DNA of 64,000 nt from a virus (lineage: Duplodnaviria > Caudoviricetes): the IMG/VR virus record IMGVR_UViG_3300049740_002155. One strand, 5' to 3'. Within the stretch, counting starts at the first letter, position 1. Every line of letters begins with the position of its first letter. Both the position numbers and the translations under genes were made by a program. The notes beneath the pieces are model-generated. The model was not told where the DNA came from. It saw only the letters and a program-made list of their open reading frames with translations, and made no database searches. Shown in pieces: positions 20,801-30,402 of the stretch.

Positions 20801-21384
20801 GACTATTTGGAAGTAGAAAAACTTCTGATCCGAGAAATGCCGTACTTGCTTATATAACAAATACTAATGTTATTGTTTTCTGGGTGGAAGTTAATGGCAC
20901 TCCAAAAATACAATCATCATTCACTCATACATCAGATAATAATTGGCATCATTTTTGTGGAACTGTTAAACAAACTGAAGATAAAGTTGAAGTAAGATGT
21001 TATATAGACGGTGAATATAAATCGTTAGCATCTAATACTGTAACATTATCATCTTACGAAAACTCAGCACCACTTGCAATAGGTGCCCGTAATTATGCTT
21101 CATCCGATCCTGATCTCTATTTTGACGGAAAAATAGATGAAGTAGCAATATTTGATTCTGCTTTATCCGACGGTGGTGTATCACAATCCGAATCTGCAAG
21201 TGGAGAAATTGCCACATTGTATAACAATGGAATTGTTGGTGATTTAACATCTCTCAATCCAGTTTCTTGGTGGAAAATGGGTGACACCGAAAATGGAGCA
21301 GGAACCACGATTGCTGATGAGATTGGAGAAAACAATGGAACACTCATAGGTGAAATTAATTTCACAGCAGATGTGCCAAATTAA
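17851..21384 (+). CDS. Large adhesin/fibre-like virion protein 2: shared N-terminal domain, beta-helix-like region, two LamG/concanavalin-A-like domains
   Basis: LTVSAWVK...WYHVAGVY...GNIDEVGIW and FSISCWFK...WHHFCGT...GKIDEVAIF LamG signatures. Confidence 0.75.
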   Translation: MIQLLIDDSLINYEYGQELESPNRAKFLISDTEIPEIEVIMELADDGILEINLPYTTTIEGKHYYSLPYKLFTSIDLTIGGTGGDSIVTGSFSTLSSLITEVMEVDAEKYIINIENDINCASLSERTIFDTDRTSLSLDETTFTTTIEGESVVINHFDELADGDKSGWTPLGWSRENAEDETVAPTQPDGTTGIIFEIKGTGDTRKTLSNFKLNLKAPWKEIGDYNNTTLEGFGITKSKYPCGSVSDTQSFINGPRLAFARHCAGYKLNNVNFTNIDFKSSTRSPSLFAVNVYGDINVDGVNITGDFMAQAVSCYDMGLFFAWHNSGNTSIKNVNIDVQMRSGRWSSAMMGSSYATATSQPRFHVFENIVLNGYHNSEWWQECDRLGGSSTDGGGKVGVFIGTVRAGNNITCKNVVINANVTTYRGYWSNESGYMFGMVKGSEDFSTTITLDNVKLNGDMLWSYGSAHASCFDDDIMNPSGKEGYGVYPYDPLDSSLSEQDKIDYRPPYVTNRRASELNGERTERPCGWHGYYLIGHSYHYVNLNLKDFEIQGTQYYANEILDLGIIKPTYETGWPSTHHPIHVYINGEGPFYYHEPWANNNSKDGTSNVVEVSSELSEKKFKYYSPNDPTDDALNKRFNINDIKQTTSLSTSVSASSTTLQVVTTADMSVGDKVILAQGTEKEEENEIASFGSIVLKYPLTYDHDSNTEIQIIAKSEIEVIPLTNNYNLSLDGVNGYASTELSVAGASALTVSAWVKLDSLSETRGFVTQYVAGDNRTFRLAYFPNLQSMWFEVYGPNSYAGFKDGNLLADTWYHVAGVYNGTNTVCYVNGVASTTTSGLHASGTGNLDSCTDNIDIGRMANAEYMKGNIDEVGIWTSALSASDINSIFNEGVPNDLPHSPLAWYRMGDNDDGAGTIITDQGSGENNATLQGSAKIYPPIPYSVEFTGSAAYMDTGSTFQSTFQSDFSISCWFKQNSSSSFMGLFGSRKTSDPRNAVLAYITNTNVIVFWVEVNGTPKIQSSFTHTSDNNWHHFCGTVKQTEDKVEVRCYIDGEYKSLASNTVTLSSYENSAPLAIGARNYASSDPDLYFDGKIDEVAIFDSALSDGGVSQSESASGEIATLYNNGIVGDLTSLNPVSWWKMGDTENGAGTTIADEIGENNGTLIGEINFTADVPN

Positions 21385-21422
21385 ATAATTGATAATAGTT
21401 TGATCACACGTTGAAACTTGGT

Positions 21423-21451
21423 TTGACAAAAAGCATTATATGTTTTAGTAT
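21423..21451 (+). promoter_or_regulatory. sigma70-like promoter
   Basis: TTGACA-17-TAGTAT, ATG at 21459. Confidence 0.6.
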
Positions 21452-21458
21452 TATAATA

Positions 21459-21620
21459 ATGAATTTATATACAGAAGTATTAAATGCACTTAAAATTGTA
21501 AACGACCCACGTGAAGACTCGTTGGATAGAATGCTAAAGCACGAAGACCTTGTGAAGATCAAACGTCTTCTCGATGACCAACTTACAAGAAAGTTTCCTG
21601 CTGATGGAAATCAAGCCTAA
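21459..21620 (+). CDS. Small hypothetical protein
   Basis: Start moved to ATG 21459 (MNLYTEV). Confidence 0.5.
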   Translation: MNLYTEVLNALKIVNDPREDSLDRMLKHEDLVKIKRLLDDQLTRKFPADGNQA

Positions 21621-21843
21621 AAGATTTTTCTTTCACTACAACAAACCTGAAAGTCGTAGACAAGGTCGCAATGTGCTAACGGTGCATTGGAGAAATACTT
21701 GTATACCCGTGAATCATCTGAAAATTAATGTTCCAATAGAATCACATACTCAGAAATCACAACCACATTGTGTTATGCGTGGATTCGCAAATTCAGTGGA
21801 AATTTTGGAAGTAAAGCAAGAAAGAACTGCGATAATTAGTTAA
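21604..21843 (+). CDS. Conserved phage hypothetical protein
   Basis: RFFFHYNKP...TVHWRNTC...QPHCVMRG; likely start MEIK at 21604. Confidence 0.6.
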   Translation: MEIKPKRFFFHYNKPESRRQGRNVLTVHWRNTCIPVNHLKINVPIESHTQKSQPHCVMRGFANSVEILEVKQERTAIIS

Positions 21844-22156
21844 TTCATATTTTAGTTGTAAGAATATTTATATTCGTGGCAATATATTTTTATTCAAACA
21901 ATGAATTAGTATTATATGAACTTGGTGATATTCTTAATCCACCAATTCGTGCTGAATTTTTGGTGTCCGATGATTTAAATGAAACTTTAGAAGTTACAAT
22001 TGAATTTGCCGATGATGAAATTGAGGATCTAGTTTTGCCATTTGTTGCAACGATTGATGATAAACATTATTATTCGTTTTCACACAAATTAATAAAAAGT
22101 GTAGATAATACAATTCCAGGTGTAGACGAAGAAACTCCAACACCTACAATTACACC
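21815..22156. repeat. Near-identical direct repeat of 24433-24774
   Basis: Includes the 3' end of the 21604 gene, intergenic ATATTTATA and N-terminal ~94 codons; differs mainly in codons ~9-21. Confidence 0.95.
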
Positions 22157-24434
22157 TTCACCTACACATACACTAACACCAACTCAAACACCAACCCAAA
22201 CACCTACTCCAACACCTACAATTACTCCAAGTCAAACATCAAGTTCTTATCTTGAATGTACAGATGGAGGACCCTATGGAGTCTGTACATATAGGAACGG
22301 AGATCCTGCATGGGGTCCTGGTTGGGATGATACCGGTGGTAACACATACAATTTGACACCAATGCCTGCAATACCCTTGGAACTAAATGTAAAGTGGTTA
22401 GGTTACAACAAATATACAAACACTCCTGCCGGTACGAATAACACAAGTTTTACAGGTCCTGCCACCTTTACTAAAGTTGACAGTTCATGGAACTCATCGG
22501 CTCTTGGGGGTAGGGGTATTTATGAATTATTAGTTTCATCGTCTGGTGATGAACAACTCATATGGAATGGCACATCAAATCAGTATGATTTACATGGATA
22601 TTGTAAAACACCTACTTCCACACCTACAATTACACCTTCACCTACATCTACACCAACACCAACTCACACTCCAACAATAACAAATTATGAAGAAGAACCA
22701 ATCGATGAATATATTTATGATAGTATGGAAGCAGTAAGCATAACAGGTGGACCAGATGGAGGTTCTGAGGTTGGATACAATGACAGAAGTTTAACGACAA
22801 TTCAAGGTGTAAACGGAGTAACTGGGTTATCCATTGACAACAACATTGTCACGTTAACCGAAAGTGGACGATATTATTTAAAAGCACGAAGTGATGCGTA
22901 TATGTCGGAATATATTTTCACAAGCATTAAATTTTTAAGTGGAGATTATCAAGGTCAAAACTTCGATGGACCAACCCGTTGGTCAAACAACAATCATGGT
23001 GATATGGTTGTTTCCGAAAATAGTGTTGTGGTTGACATCACCCAAACAACAACATTTAAAATCCAGACAAACGTTACAGATGCCAAACCCACTTCTGGAT
23101 TAAACCACGGAGGAGCAACATTATTCGTTCAAAAACTTGCGAATGCAGACGGTGGTTCTTCTCCACAGAGTGGAGGAATTGGTGATTTACCAGAAATTAT
23201 TGCTCAAAGTAATTTTGATAGCAAAATACCGGATGAAATATTATTACACGCAAATAATATTTTGAAACCAAGATCATACACATTTTGGGGATTTGACAAT
23301 TCACTAACTCCACCGATCATTGTATATAGATTGAAAGGTGATGGTGGTTCATCTTTACAAATTGCATTTAAAAATGAAGGAGTTGGTGAATTGGTAAATA
23401 ATCATACTACCACCAGTCATAAAAGATACGATGGAGATACAACTCTTCAAAGTATAATTGATAATAATCATGCAATTTATTATGGTGGTGGTTCTTCAAG
23501 TGTGGCTGTTGATTCATCTTCAATTGAAAGTTTCACTACAAAAAGTTGTGGAACAATCAGTAAACGTTCAACTGATACGAATGCCTCGACAAATAATTAT
23601 TATCGTGTGCCAATTTCTGACCTAGCATTTGATGACCTAGTGGTTGGAGAAACTTATAGATTCAGTGTTAATGCTAAGGCAGTAAATTCTACAACTGACT
23701 TGGCTTGTCAGTTGAATATTTATAATCGCAACGAGTTTCACTCTGATAATAATCAAACTTTGACCGAAAACCAAGTTTGGGATTCAAGTAAAGATGCAGA
23801 CCCTATGATTATTACTATTGCAACAAGTGCAAATCATGATGTATATAGCAATTCTTATTTTCAAAGTAAAATATTTACTGCCACTGGTACGCATTTGGAA
23901 GCAATGGCATTTTCGGTCAGCAGTAAGTCTTACTTTACCAACATTGAAGTACAACTTGAAAAAATAGCAGTAGGGAGAACTTCATCAAGTGGTGGTTCTT
24001 CTGACTTAACTCTATTTGGAGCAAAAATAAGTATTACAAATAAAGTCGGAACGGTTTTGTCACAAACATCAGATTTTATAGAGTCAATAACACATTTTGG
24101 TGGAAATAGTAATAACTATTATATTACATTTAAAGATGGAATATTTACCGAAGCACCTATTGTAGCAACATCTACATTTAATACATCAGGAAGTTACGCA
24201 GAAACAATTTCAATAAATTCACCTGAAACCACAGATTATATAAATGGCAAAAAGGTGGTTATAAAATTTGAACTTGTAAGTAATGCATCGAATGACTTCA
24301 ATTCAAATACTGTAGGTACTTATATTGCGGATTTAATATTTATGAAGTCTAGTGCCTATTCAAGTGCGTCTTCTGCATCTTCACAAAATATTTCATCACC
24401 AAATCAAGATCAATTTAAAATAGACGATCTATAG
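21876..24434 (+). CDS. Modular fibre/adhesin-like virion protein 3 with Pro/Thr and Ser/Gly linkers
   Basis: GTG start; N-terminal domain homologous to the other three; PTPTITPSPT linkers; modules shared with 24494. Confidence 0.6.
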   Translation: MAIYFYSNNELVLYELGDILNPPIRAEFLVSDDLNETLEVTIEFADDEIEDLVLPFVATIDDKHYYSFSHKLIKSVDNTIPGVDEETPTPTITPSPTHTLTPTQTPTQTPTPTPTITPSQTSSSYLECTDGGPYGVCTYRNGDPAWGPGWDDTGGNTYNLTPMPAIPLELNVKWLGYNKYTNTPAGTNNTSFTGPATFTKVDSSWNSSALGGRGIYELLVSSSGDEQLIWNGTSNQYDLHGYCKTPTSTPTITPSPTSTPTPTHTPTITNYEEEPIDEYIYDSMEAVSITGGPDGGSEVGYNDRSLTTIQGVNGVTGLSIDNNIVTLTESGRYYLKARSDAYMSEYIFTSIKFLSGDYQGQNFDGPTRWSNNNHGDMVVSENSVVVDITQTTTFKIQTNVTDAKPTSGLNHGGATLFVQKLANADGGSSPQSGGIGDLPEIIAQSNFDSKIPDEILLHANNILKPRSYTFWGFDNSLTPPIIVYRLKGDGGSSLQIAFKNEGVGELVNNHTTTSHKRYDGDTTLQSIIDNNHAIYYGGGSSSVAVDSSSIESFTTKSCGTISKRSTDTNASTNNYYRVPISDLAFDDLVVGETYRFSVNAKAVNSTTDLACQLNIYNRNEFHSDNNQTLTENQVWDSSKDADPMIITIATSANHDVYSNSYFQSKIFTATGTHLEAMAFSVSSKSYFTNIEVQLEKIAVGRTSSSGGSSDLTLFGAKISITNKVGTVLSQTSDFIESITHFGGNSNNYYITFKDGIFTEAPIVATSTFNTSGSYAETISINSPETTDYINGKKVVIKFELVSNASNDFNSNTVGTYIADLIFMKSSAYSSASSASSQNISSPNQDQFKIDDL

Positions 24435-24493
24435 CAAGAAAGAACTGCGATAATTAGTTAATTCATATTTTAGTTGTAAGAATATTTATATTC

Positions 24494-27400
24494 GTGGCAA
24501 TATATTTTTATTCAAACAATGACTTAATAGATTATGATTTAGGTGATAATTTAACATCACCAATTCGTGCTGAATTTTTGGTGTCCGATGATTTAAATGA
24601 AACTTTAGAAGTTACAATTGAATTTGCCGATGATGAAATTGAAGATCTAGTTTTGCCATTTGTTGCAACGATTGATGATAAACATTATTATTCGTTTTCA
24701 CACAAATTAATAAAAAGTGTAGATAATACAATTCCAGGTGTAGACGAAGAAACTCCAACACCTACAATTACACCATCATTAAGTGAATGTGTTTCATCAC
24801 CAGTTACAATCACCGTTGAGTCGGAATATATAGGTCCTGGTAACTCAATCTATAAGTATATAACAAGTGATTCGTCTGAAGCAGGTGGGTTGTTTGGTTG
24901 TATAAATGCTGAACGTGGTTCTAGATTAACAATATTTGTTGATGGTGATGAACCGAATTTAGTTTTACATCCTATAAAAATAACTGAATTTCGTAATGAT
25001 GGTAACCACGGAACACCACGCACGGATGTAGTAAAAACAGACTTAACCGAAGGTCAAACCGAAGATCACACATACTCTTTAACATGGGTGGTACCGTGTG
25101 ACGAAACGATTGATAAGTATCAATACCAATGTGAAGAACACGCACATATGCGTGGTACAATCAATGTATTTGGAGAATGTGAACACACTCCAACACCAAG
25201 TCCAACTCACACTCCAACAATAACAAATTATGAAGAAGAACCAATCGATGAATATATTTATGATAGTATGGAAGCAGTTAGTATTATAGGTGGAGATATG
25301 GAAGGTCAATCTGTTGTCGGATATAACGACAGACAATTAACAACTTTTCAAGGTGTAAATGGAGTAACAGGTCTTACATTAGAAAACAACATTGTTACAC
25401 TCACAGAAACTGGAAGATATTATATCAAGGCAAGAACTTCTGCAAATAAGTCAGAAAGTACATATACTGCTATAAAATTTTTAAGTGGAGATTACGCAAA
25501 TGAAGAATTTTTAGGACCACGGAGATATGCAAGACAAAATATGAGTCAAATGGTAATATGCGAATGCTCTGTCGTTGTTGATATTACCCAAACAACTACT
25601 TTTAAAATACAAACAAAAGTTGGATATGCCGATGCACAAGGACTTAGTGTAGGTGAATCAAATTTATTCGTTCAGAAACTTGCGAGTGTAGATGGTGGTT
25701 CTTCTTCAAGTAACGGTTCTTCTTCAGGCAACGCAATAATCCAACAAGGAACTTACACTGGAAATAGCACAGAAAATAATGCTGAACAATTCATAAATCT
25801 TGGATTTACTCCGATTCGTGTGGAAATATTCGGAAGAAACGAATATAAGACACACGCAATATTACTAAAGGATAAAACGGATAACTTGGTTTCTTGGAGA
25901 GATACTGGTGGATCGCATGATGATCATAGAAGTTATTCTGCTACGTCAATAATAGTCGAGAATGGATTCAAAGTAGCAAATAATAATCCTGCAAATGCTT
26001 CACATTTAAACTATAATGATGTTGAATTTGATTATTATGTAACTGCTGAAGGAAATGATGCTTCTTCAAGTGGTGGTTCTTCTTCAAGTAATGGTTCTTC
26101 AACGACATCAGATGCAACACTTTCATTCAATGTATTTCCACGTGTAGATTCAACGGATTTATCAGAAATCACCATTAAATGTAAAAATGACTATTTAAAA
26201 TCAGTAGATCCTGTAAATAACAATATTATTACAAACATTACAAAGTTTGATGTTGTAGATACCACCGAGGCATCAAGTTTGACGTCCACAACTATTTCGC
26301 ATACAAATTTATTTTTTGTGATAAACGATACATTATATTACGTTACGGATGATGATGGTGCATCGGTTGCTTGCACAGTTGGTGAATTATCAAGCATAGA
26401 AATTTATACAGATTACAATCCAAGTACACCACAAATTATTAATTTTCTCGTTTCTGACATAGAAATAACATTCACAGGTAATCAAAATAATCCTGTGCTA
26501 GTAGAGCATATAAATGGATATAAAAGTTTTGTAAGAAACGGGACAACTTTGTCTGATGGTGGTTCTTCTCCACAGAGTGGTGGAATCGGAGATTTAGCAG
26601 AGGTGATTGCTCAAAGCAATTTTGATGGAATTTTACCAGACCGTATCATTTTAACCGACAATACTAATCAAATAGTTCCTTATACGTTGTCTTATGTTAA
26701 ATCTACCTATATTGAATATGCTTTCTCTGCCGACACAATCAATACTAATTTGCATATCAGATTTAATAATGATCCAAGTGGTACACTCAAAGAAAAAACG
26801 ACAGGACACGAATTGTACACAGGAGATACAACTCTTCAAGATATTATCGATAACGGTCACGCAATTTATTTGGGGGGTTCTTCAAGTGCATCTTCAACCT
26901 TCGCATCACTAACAGATACACCATCTGATCTTTCTGCCGGAAAATACATCAAAGTAAATGATGCAGGTGACGGAATTGAATTTGTTGATGCACCGAGTGG
27001 TTCATCTTCAAGTGGTGGTTCTTCTTCGTCTATTAACAATATTACTAGCATTCGTAATTTAACAAGTTTTAGTGGTGAGTTACCAGATGCAATTGTGGTT
27101 CAATTAAGATACCAAAGCGATGATACTGCAAAATATCCTCTTGTTTTACGATTGCTTTATGGAGAACCCGGAGGAATATATTATGGAAACGATAATAATT
27201 CATTCGGTAGTCACATCAACATAAAATTTAATTCTGATGCAACTGGAACCACAGAAACATCTCAAATCACTGGTAACTCAACTACATATAATGTACATCC
27301 TGATGATTACAGCACTTCACTTGCTGAATATGTATCACGGAATGATGCATTGTTTTATGGTTCTTCAGATGGTGGTTCATCTTCAAGTGGTGGAATTTCT

Positions 27401-30364
27401 GCATGGGGTGTTTTTGATGGAACTTCCAATTACGATGCTGATAATTATTTACCAATAAAAGCAAGTGAAAATGTAGAATCTATAAAGTATATTTCAACTG
27501 GAGTATACGAAGTTACATTAACAACTCCAATGCCAAATGAGCATTATTCAGTTTCAGTAAATTGTAATCCAAGTGGTTATGGAGGAGCATTTGGTGGTGT
27601 AATGGATTTTTATACATCTAGCACCTTTGATGGTTCTGCTGATGTTCCAACTGCATCTACATTTAAAATAGATGTAAGAACTGCTACTAATGCTCAAACA
27701 AATTCAAACAGAATAACATTTCATGTTGTCGCAGAAGTTTCTGATACAGGAAGTTCTAGTTCAAGTGGTGGTTCAAGTTCAAGTGGTGGTTCTTCAAGTG
27801 GTTCTTCAGGTGGTGGTTCGCAAATAATATTCCAAACCAAATATGGAGCAGAAAACCAAATCACTTCATATCCAAAGAATACTGATAACATAATAAATTT
27901 TACAAATATCGATACTGATAAATACAACACATACAACTCAGAAAATGGATACTTTGTTGCTCCGCATGATATGCAAATTGGTATAAATGCATATTCAAAC
28001 ATTTCATATAATGCAAGTGATGCAACCATACGTTCATATCTAGCAATACTTACAATTGATAGTGAAGGTGTAACAAAAATGTTGGCACGACAAAGTGATA
28101 TTCATGAAGTTAATGCTTATGGTGGTTCATTGAGTGCTTCTGCATATGTTTCATTGAAACAAGGAGAATCTATATATGCTTCATTTAAACATTTTGGAAC
28201 AACATCAAGTATAAATGTATCTACCGCAATGACAATCGTTGAATTGTCAAGTTCTTCTTCAAGTAATGGTTCATCTTCAAGTAATGGTGCTTCAACCTTC
28301 GCATCACTAACAGATACACCATCTGAACTTTCTGCCGGAAAATACATTAAAGTAAATGATGAAGGGAATGGAATTGAATTTGTTGATGCACCGAGTGGTT
28401 CATCTTCAAGTGGTGGAATGGGTAGTCTTGCGTATTTGAAAAATGAATACGGAACGGGTGACGTGAGAATGAGATTCTACACGGACCTTCCCGATGCGAT
28501 TGTGACTAAGGATGGAGATGGTGGGGGTGCTCTTTGGGATATGCGTCTTGAATTAACCGAGATAGCAATTTGGGATGGACAGTTACAGGCCTACTATATC
28601 AGAGCATCGGGAGGATATAATATAAGATTTGATTTAAATACGGCAGATGGAGACTATATTAATGATACTGAGGTGGACGAGGATGACGTTAGTGATGATG
28701 CAAGTCTGAAAGATTACATTGAAGGTGGACGAGCACTTTATTATGGTGGTTCTTCAAGTAATGGTTCTAGTTCAAGTGGTGCATCTAATATCGTAACAGG
28801 AAACTACACAGGAACTGGTGAGGCTTCACAACCAATTGAATTAGGTTTTCGTCCTGCAATGGTTCATGTAAAATGTACATCTGCTCCATATTACGGTGAA
28901 ATGACACAAATTGACGGACTCGAAGGAACTTCATTACGGTCATATCACACACTTAATAATTCCGATGACGGATTTAAAATTGAGATTACAGACACAGGAT
29001 TTATAGCAACTGGAAAAGACAACAATTCTACTTTTAATCACAATGAAAGTGCTTATTATTATTATGCAATTTCTTCTTCAAGTGGTGCTTCTTCTAGTGG
29101 TGCTTCTTCTTCAAGTGCAAGTTCTGTTACTATACCAGATTCTTGTTATGCTTTTATCAAAGAAGATGGAACAATTTCTCGTAAATCCGATAATTGGGAT
29201 GATTATGTACAAGAAGTTAAAATTTTAACCACCGATCCAAATGGTTATTACAGGATAATATATAAATCTGAATTTTTTAATTATGCACCAATTGTTATAG
29301 CAACTGCTGATCATAAAGATAATGCAAGTCAACCGCATATAATAGCACAAACTCAAGCAATGAACACGACACAAGCAGACATAGTAATTGGAGATGCAAA
29401 TGGTTTACAAACTCCGTCACAATTTAATGTTGTGATATATAGTCCACAAATAAAATCTACAATAGCATTGCAGACGACTTCTTCAAGTAATGGTTCATCT
29501 TCAAGTGGTAGTTCTTCAAGTGCAAGTTCTTCAATTGAGTTCAGTAAATGCTATTTTCAAGCAACAAGTGTGGGTCATGGCGGAAAAAATATTTCTTTGG
29601 ACGAAGCAACACTTGTTAATCAATCAAGTAATTGGATTTATGAGGACACAACAAATAATATAATTGGATTGCGTCCACCAAAAGACGGATTATATAATAT
29701 AAGTTCATATATTCATGTAAATGGTGTAGGTGCAAGATGGAATGATAGTGTAAGTTATTTGGATTTATCCGTAAACAAACGAAATATAACAACCGATGTC
29801 GTTGAACGTATCGGACTTGATACAGAAAATAAAGGTTCTGCTTCAGTTGGGGCATACATTGATAATTCTGTAAATGAAAATTTTGTTTATTTGACTACCA
29901 ATGAGTATATTTATGTGAGTTATGGAGGATGGGTATCATCTGCTGGTCAATCAACATTTCATCCGATTGCAACCGATAAAAGTTATTTGGAATTATCAAG
30001 TGTAAATGTTGCGTCTTCATCAAGTGATTCTTCTGATGGTGGTTTTTCTACCTCGGAATCTGATATTTTGGCAAATGGTACTATGAAGGTTAGCAGTCAA
30101 ATAAGTTCGTTAGAAAATTCAATAGGAATCTCGTCTGTGACAAGAACTGCACTTGGTACTTTTAAATTTACATTAACGACTCCAATTCAAGATGCAGAAT
30201 ATAATGTATTTGCAAATACTATAGGATCATCTATTTGCGTAGCATTCGTGATGTCCAAAACTGCAAATGATTTTACAATAGAAACACGTAGAATCGATCA
30301 TGCAAACAACATATCGATAGCAGATGTTGACGCAAATTTACAATTTGTGGTGATTGCAAAATAA
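24494..30364 (+). CDS. Very large modular fibre/adhesin-like virion protein 4 (1956 aa): cupredoxin-like, C1q-like and tail-fibre-like modules
   Basis: YQYQCEEHAHMRG copper-site motif; GTYTGN/GNYTGT..LGF.P modules; SAWGVFDG...TGVYEV; many SSSSGGSSSS linkers. Confidence 0.65.
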   Translation: MAIYFYSNNDLIDYDLGDNLTSPIRAEFLVSDDLNETLEVTIEFADDEIEDLVLPFVATIDDKHYYSFSHKLIKSVDNTIPGVDEETPTPTITPSLSECVSSPVTITVESEYIGPGNSIYKYITSDSSEAGGLFGCINAERGSRLTIFVDGDEPNLVLHPIKITEFRNDGNHGTPRTDVVKTDLTEGQTEDHTYSLTWVVPCDETIDKYQYQCEEHAHMRGTINVFGECEHTPTPSPTHTPTITNYEEEPIDEYIYDSMEAVSIIGGDMEGQSVVGYNDRQLTTFQGVNGVTGLTLENNIVTLTETGRYYIKARTSANKSESTYTAIKFLSGDYANEEFLGPRRYARQNMSQMVICECSVVVDITQTTTFKIQTKVGYADAQGLSVGESNLFVQKLASVDGGSSSSNGSSSGNAIIQQGTYTGNSTENNAEQFINLGFTPIRVEIFGRNEYKTHAILLKDKTDNLVSWRDTGGSHDDHRSYSATSIIVENGFKVANNNPANASHLNYNDVEFDYYVTAEGNDASSSGGSSSSNGSSTTSDATLSFNVFPRVDSTDLSEITIKCKNDYLKSVDPVNNNIITNITKFDVVDTTEASSLTSTTISHTNLFFVINDTLYYVTDDDGASVACTVGELSSIEIYTDYNPSTPQIINFLVSDIEITFTGNQNNPVLVEHINGYKSFVRNGTTLSDGGSSPQSGGIGDLAEVIAQSNFDGILPDRIILTDNTNQIVPYTLSYVKSTYIEYAFSADTINTNLHIRFNNDPSGTLKEKTTGHELYTGDTTLQDIIDNGHAIYLGGSSSASSTFASLTDTPSDLSAGKYIKVNDAGDGIEFVDAPSGSSSSGGSSSSINNITSIRNLTSFSGELPDAIVVQLRYQSDDTAKYPLVLRLLYGEPGGIYYGNDNNSFGSHINIKFNSDATGTTETSQITGNSTTYNVHPDDYSTSLAEYVSRNDALFYGSSDGGSSSSGGISAWGVFDGTSNYDADNYLPIKASENVESIKYISTGVYEVTLTTPMPNEHYSVSVNCNPSGYGGAFGGVMDFYTSSTFDGSADVPTASTFKIDVRTATNAQTNSNRITFHVVAEVSDTGSSSSSGGSSSSGGSSSGSSGGGSQIIFQTKYGAENQITSYPKNTDNIINFTNIDTDKYNTYNSENGYFVAPHDMQIGINAYSNISYNASDATIRSYLAILTIDSEGVTKMLARQSDIHEVNAYGGSLSASAYVSLKQGESIYASFKHFGTTSSINVSTAMTIVELSSSSSSNGSSSSNGASTFASLTDTPSELSAGKYIKVNDEGNGIEFVDAPSGSSSSGGMGSLAYLKNEYGTGDVRMRFYTDLPDAIVTKDGDGGGALWDMRLELTEIAIWDGQLQAYYIRASGGYNIRFDLNTADGDYINDTEVDEDDVSDDASLKDYIEGGRALYYGGSSSNGSSSSGASNIVTGNYTGTGEASQPIELGFRPAMVHVKCTSAPYYGEMTQIDGLEGTSLRSYHTLNNSDDGFKIEITDTGFIATGKDNNSTFNHNESAYYYYAISSSSGASSSGASSSSASSVTIPDSCYAFIKEDGTISRKSDNWDDYVQEVKILTTDPNGYYRIIYKSEFFNYAPIVIATADHKDNASQPHIIAQTQAMNTTQADIVIGDANGLQTPSQFNVVIYSPQIKSTIALQTTSSSNGSSSSGSSSSASSSIEFSKCYFQATSVGHGGKNISLDEATLVNQSSNWIYEDTTNNIIGLRPPKDGLYNISSYIHVNGVGARWNDSVSYLDLSVNKRNITTDVVERIGLDTENKGSASVGAYIDNSVNENFVYLTTNEYIYVSYGGWVSSAGQSTFHPIATDKSYLELSSVNVASSSSDSSDGGFSTSESDILANGTMKVSSQISSLENSIGISSVTRTALGTFKFTLTTPIQDAEYNVFANTIGSSICVAFVMSKTANDFTIETRRIDHANNISIADVDANLQFVVIAK
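26892..27018. repeat. 127-bp internal direct repeat (second copy 28290-28416)
   Basis: Both encode STFASLTDTPS(D/E)LSAGKYIKVND.G.GIEFVDAPSGSSSSGG. Confidence 0.95.
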
Positions 30365-30367
30365 TGC

Positions 30368-30396
30368 TTGACTTTTTATAATATCTATGATTGAAT
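30368..30396 (+). promoter_or_regulatory. Early promoter (repeat family copy)
   Basis: ATAATGC-TTGACTTTTTATAAT; -10 degenerate; ATG at 30403. Confidence 0.6.
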
Positions 30397-30402
30397 ATAG
30401 GT

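Noticed and set aside
21815-25278. Duplicated fibre segments as DGR template/variable repeats
   Set aside because: No reverse transcriptase in the window; differences are not adenine-specific; the repeats are N-terminal and coding.
25690-30050. TCTTCAAGTGGT repeats as CRISPR or non-coding repeats
   Set aside because: They are in frame and encode Ser/Gly linkers within a continuous ORF.
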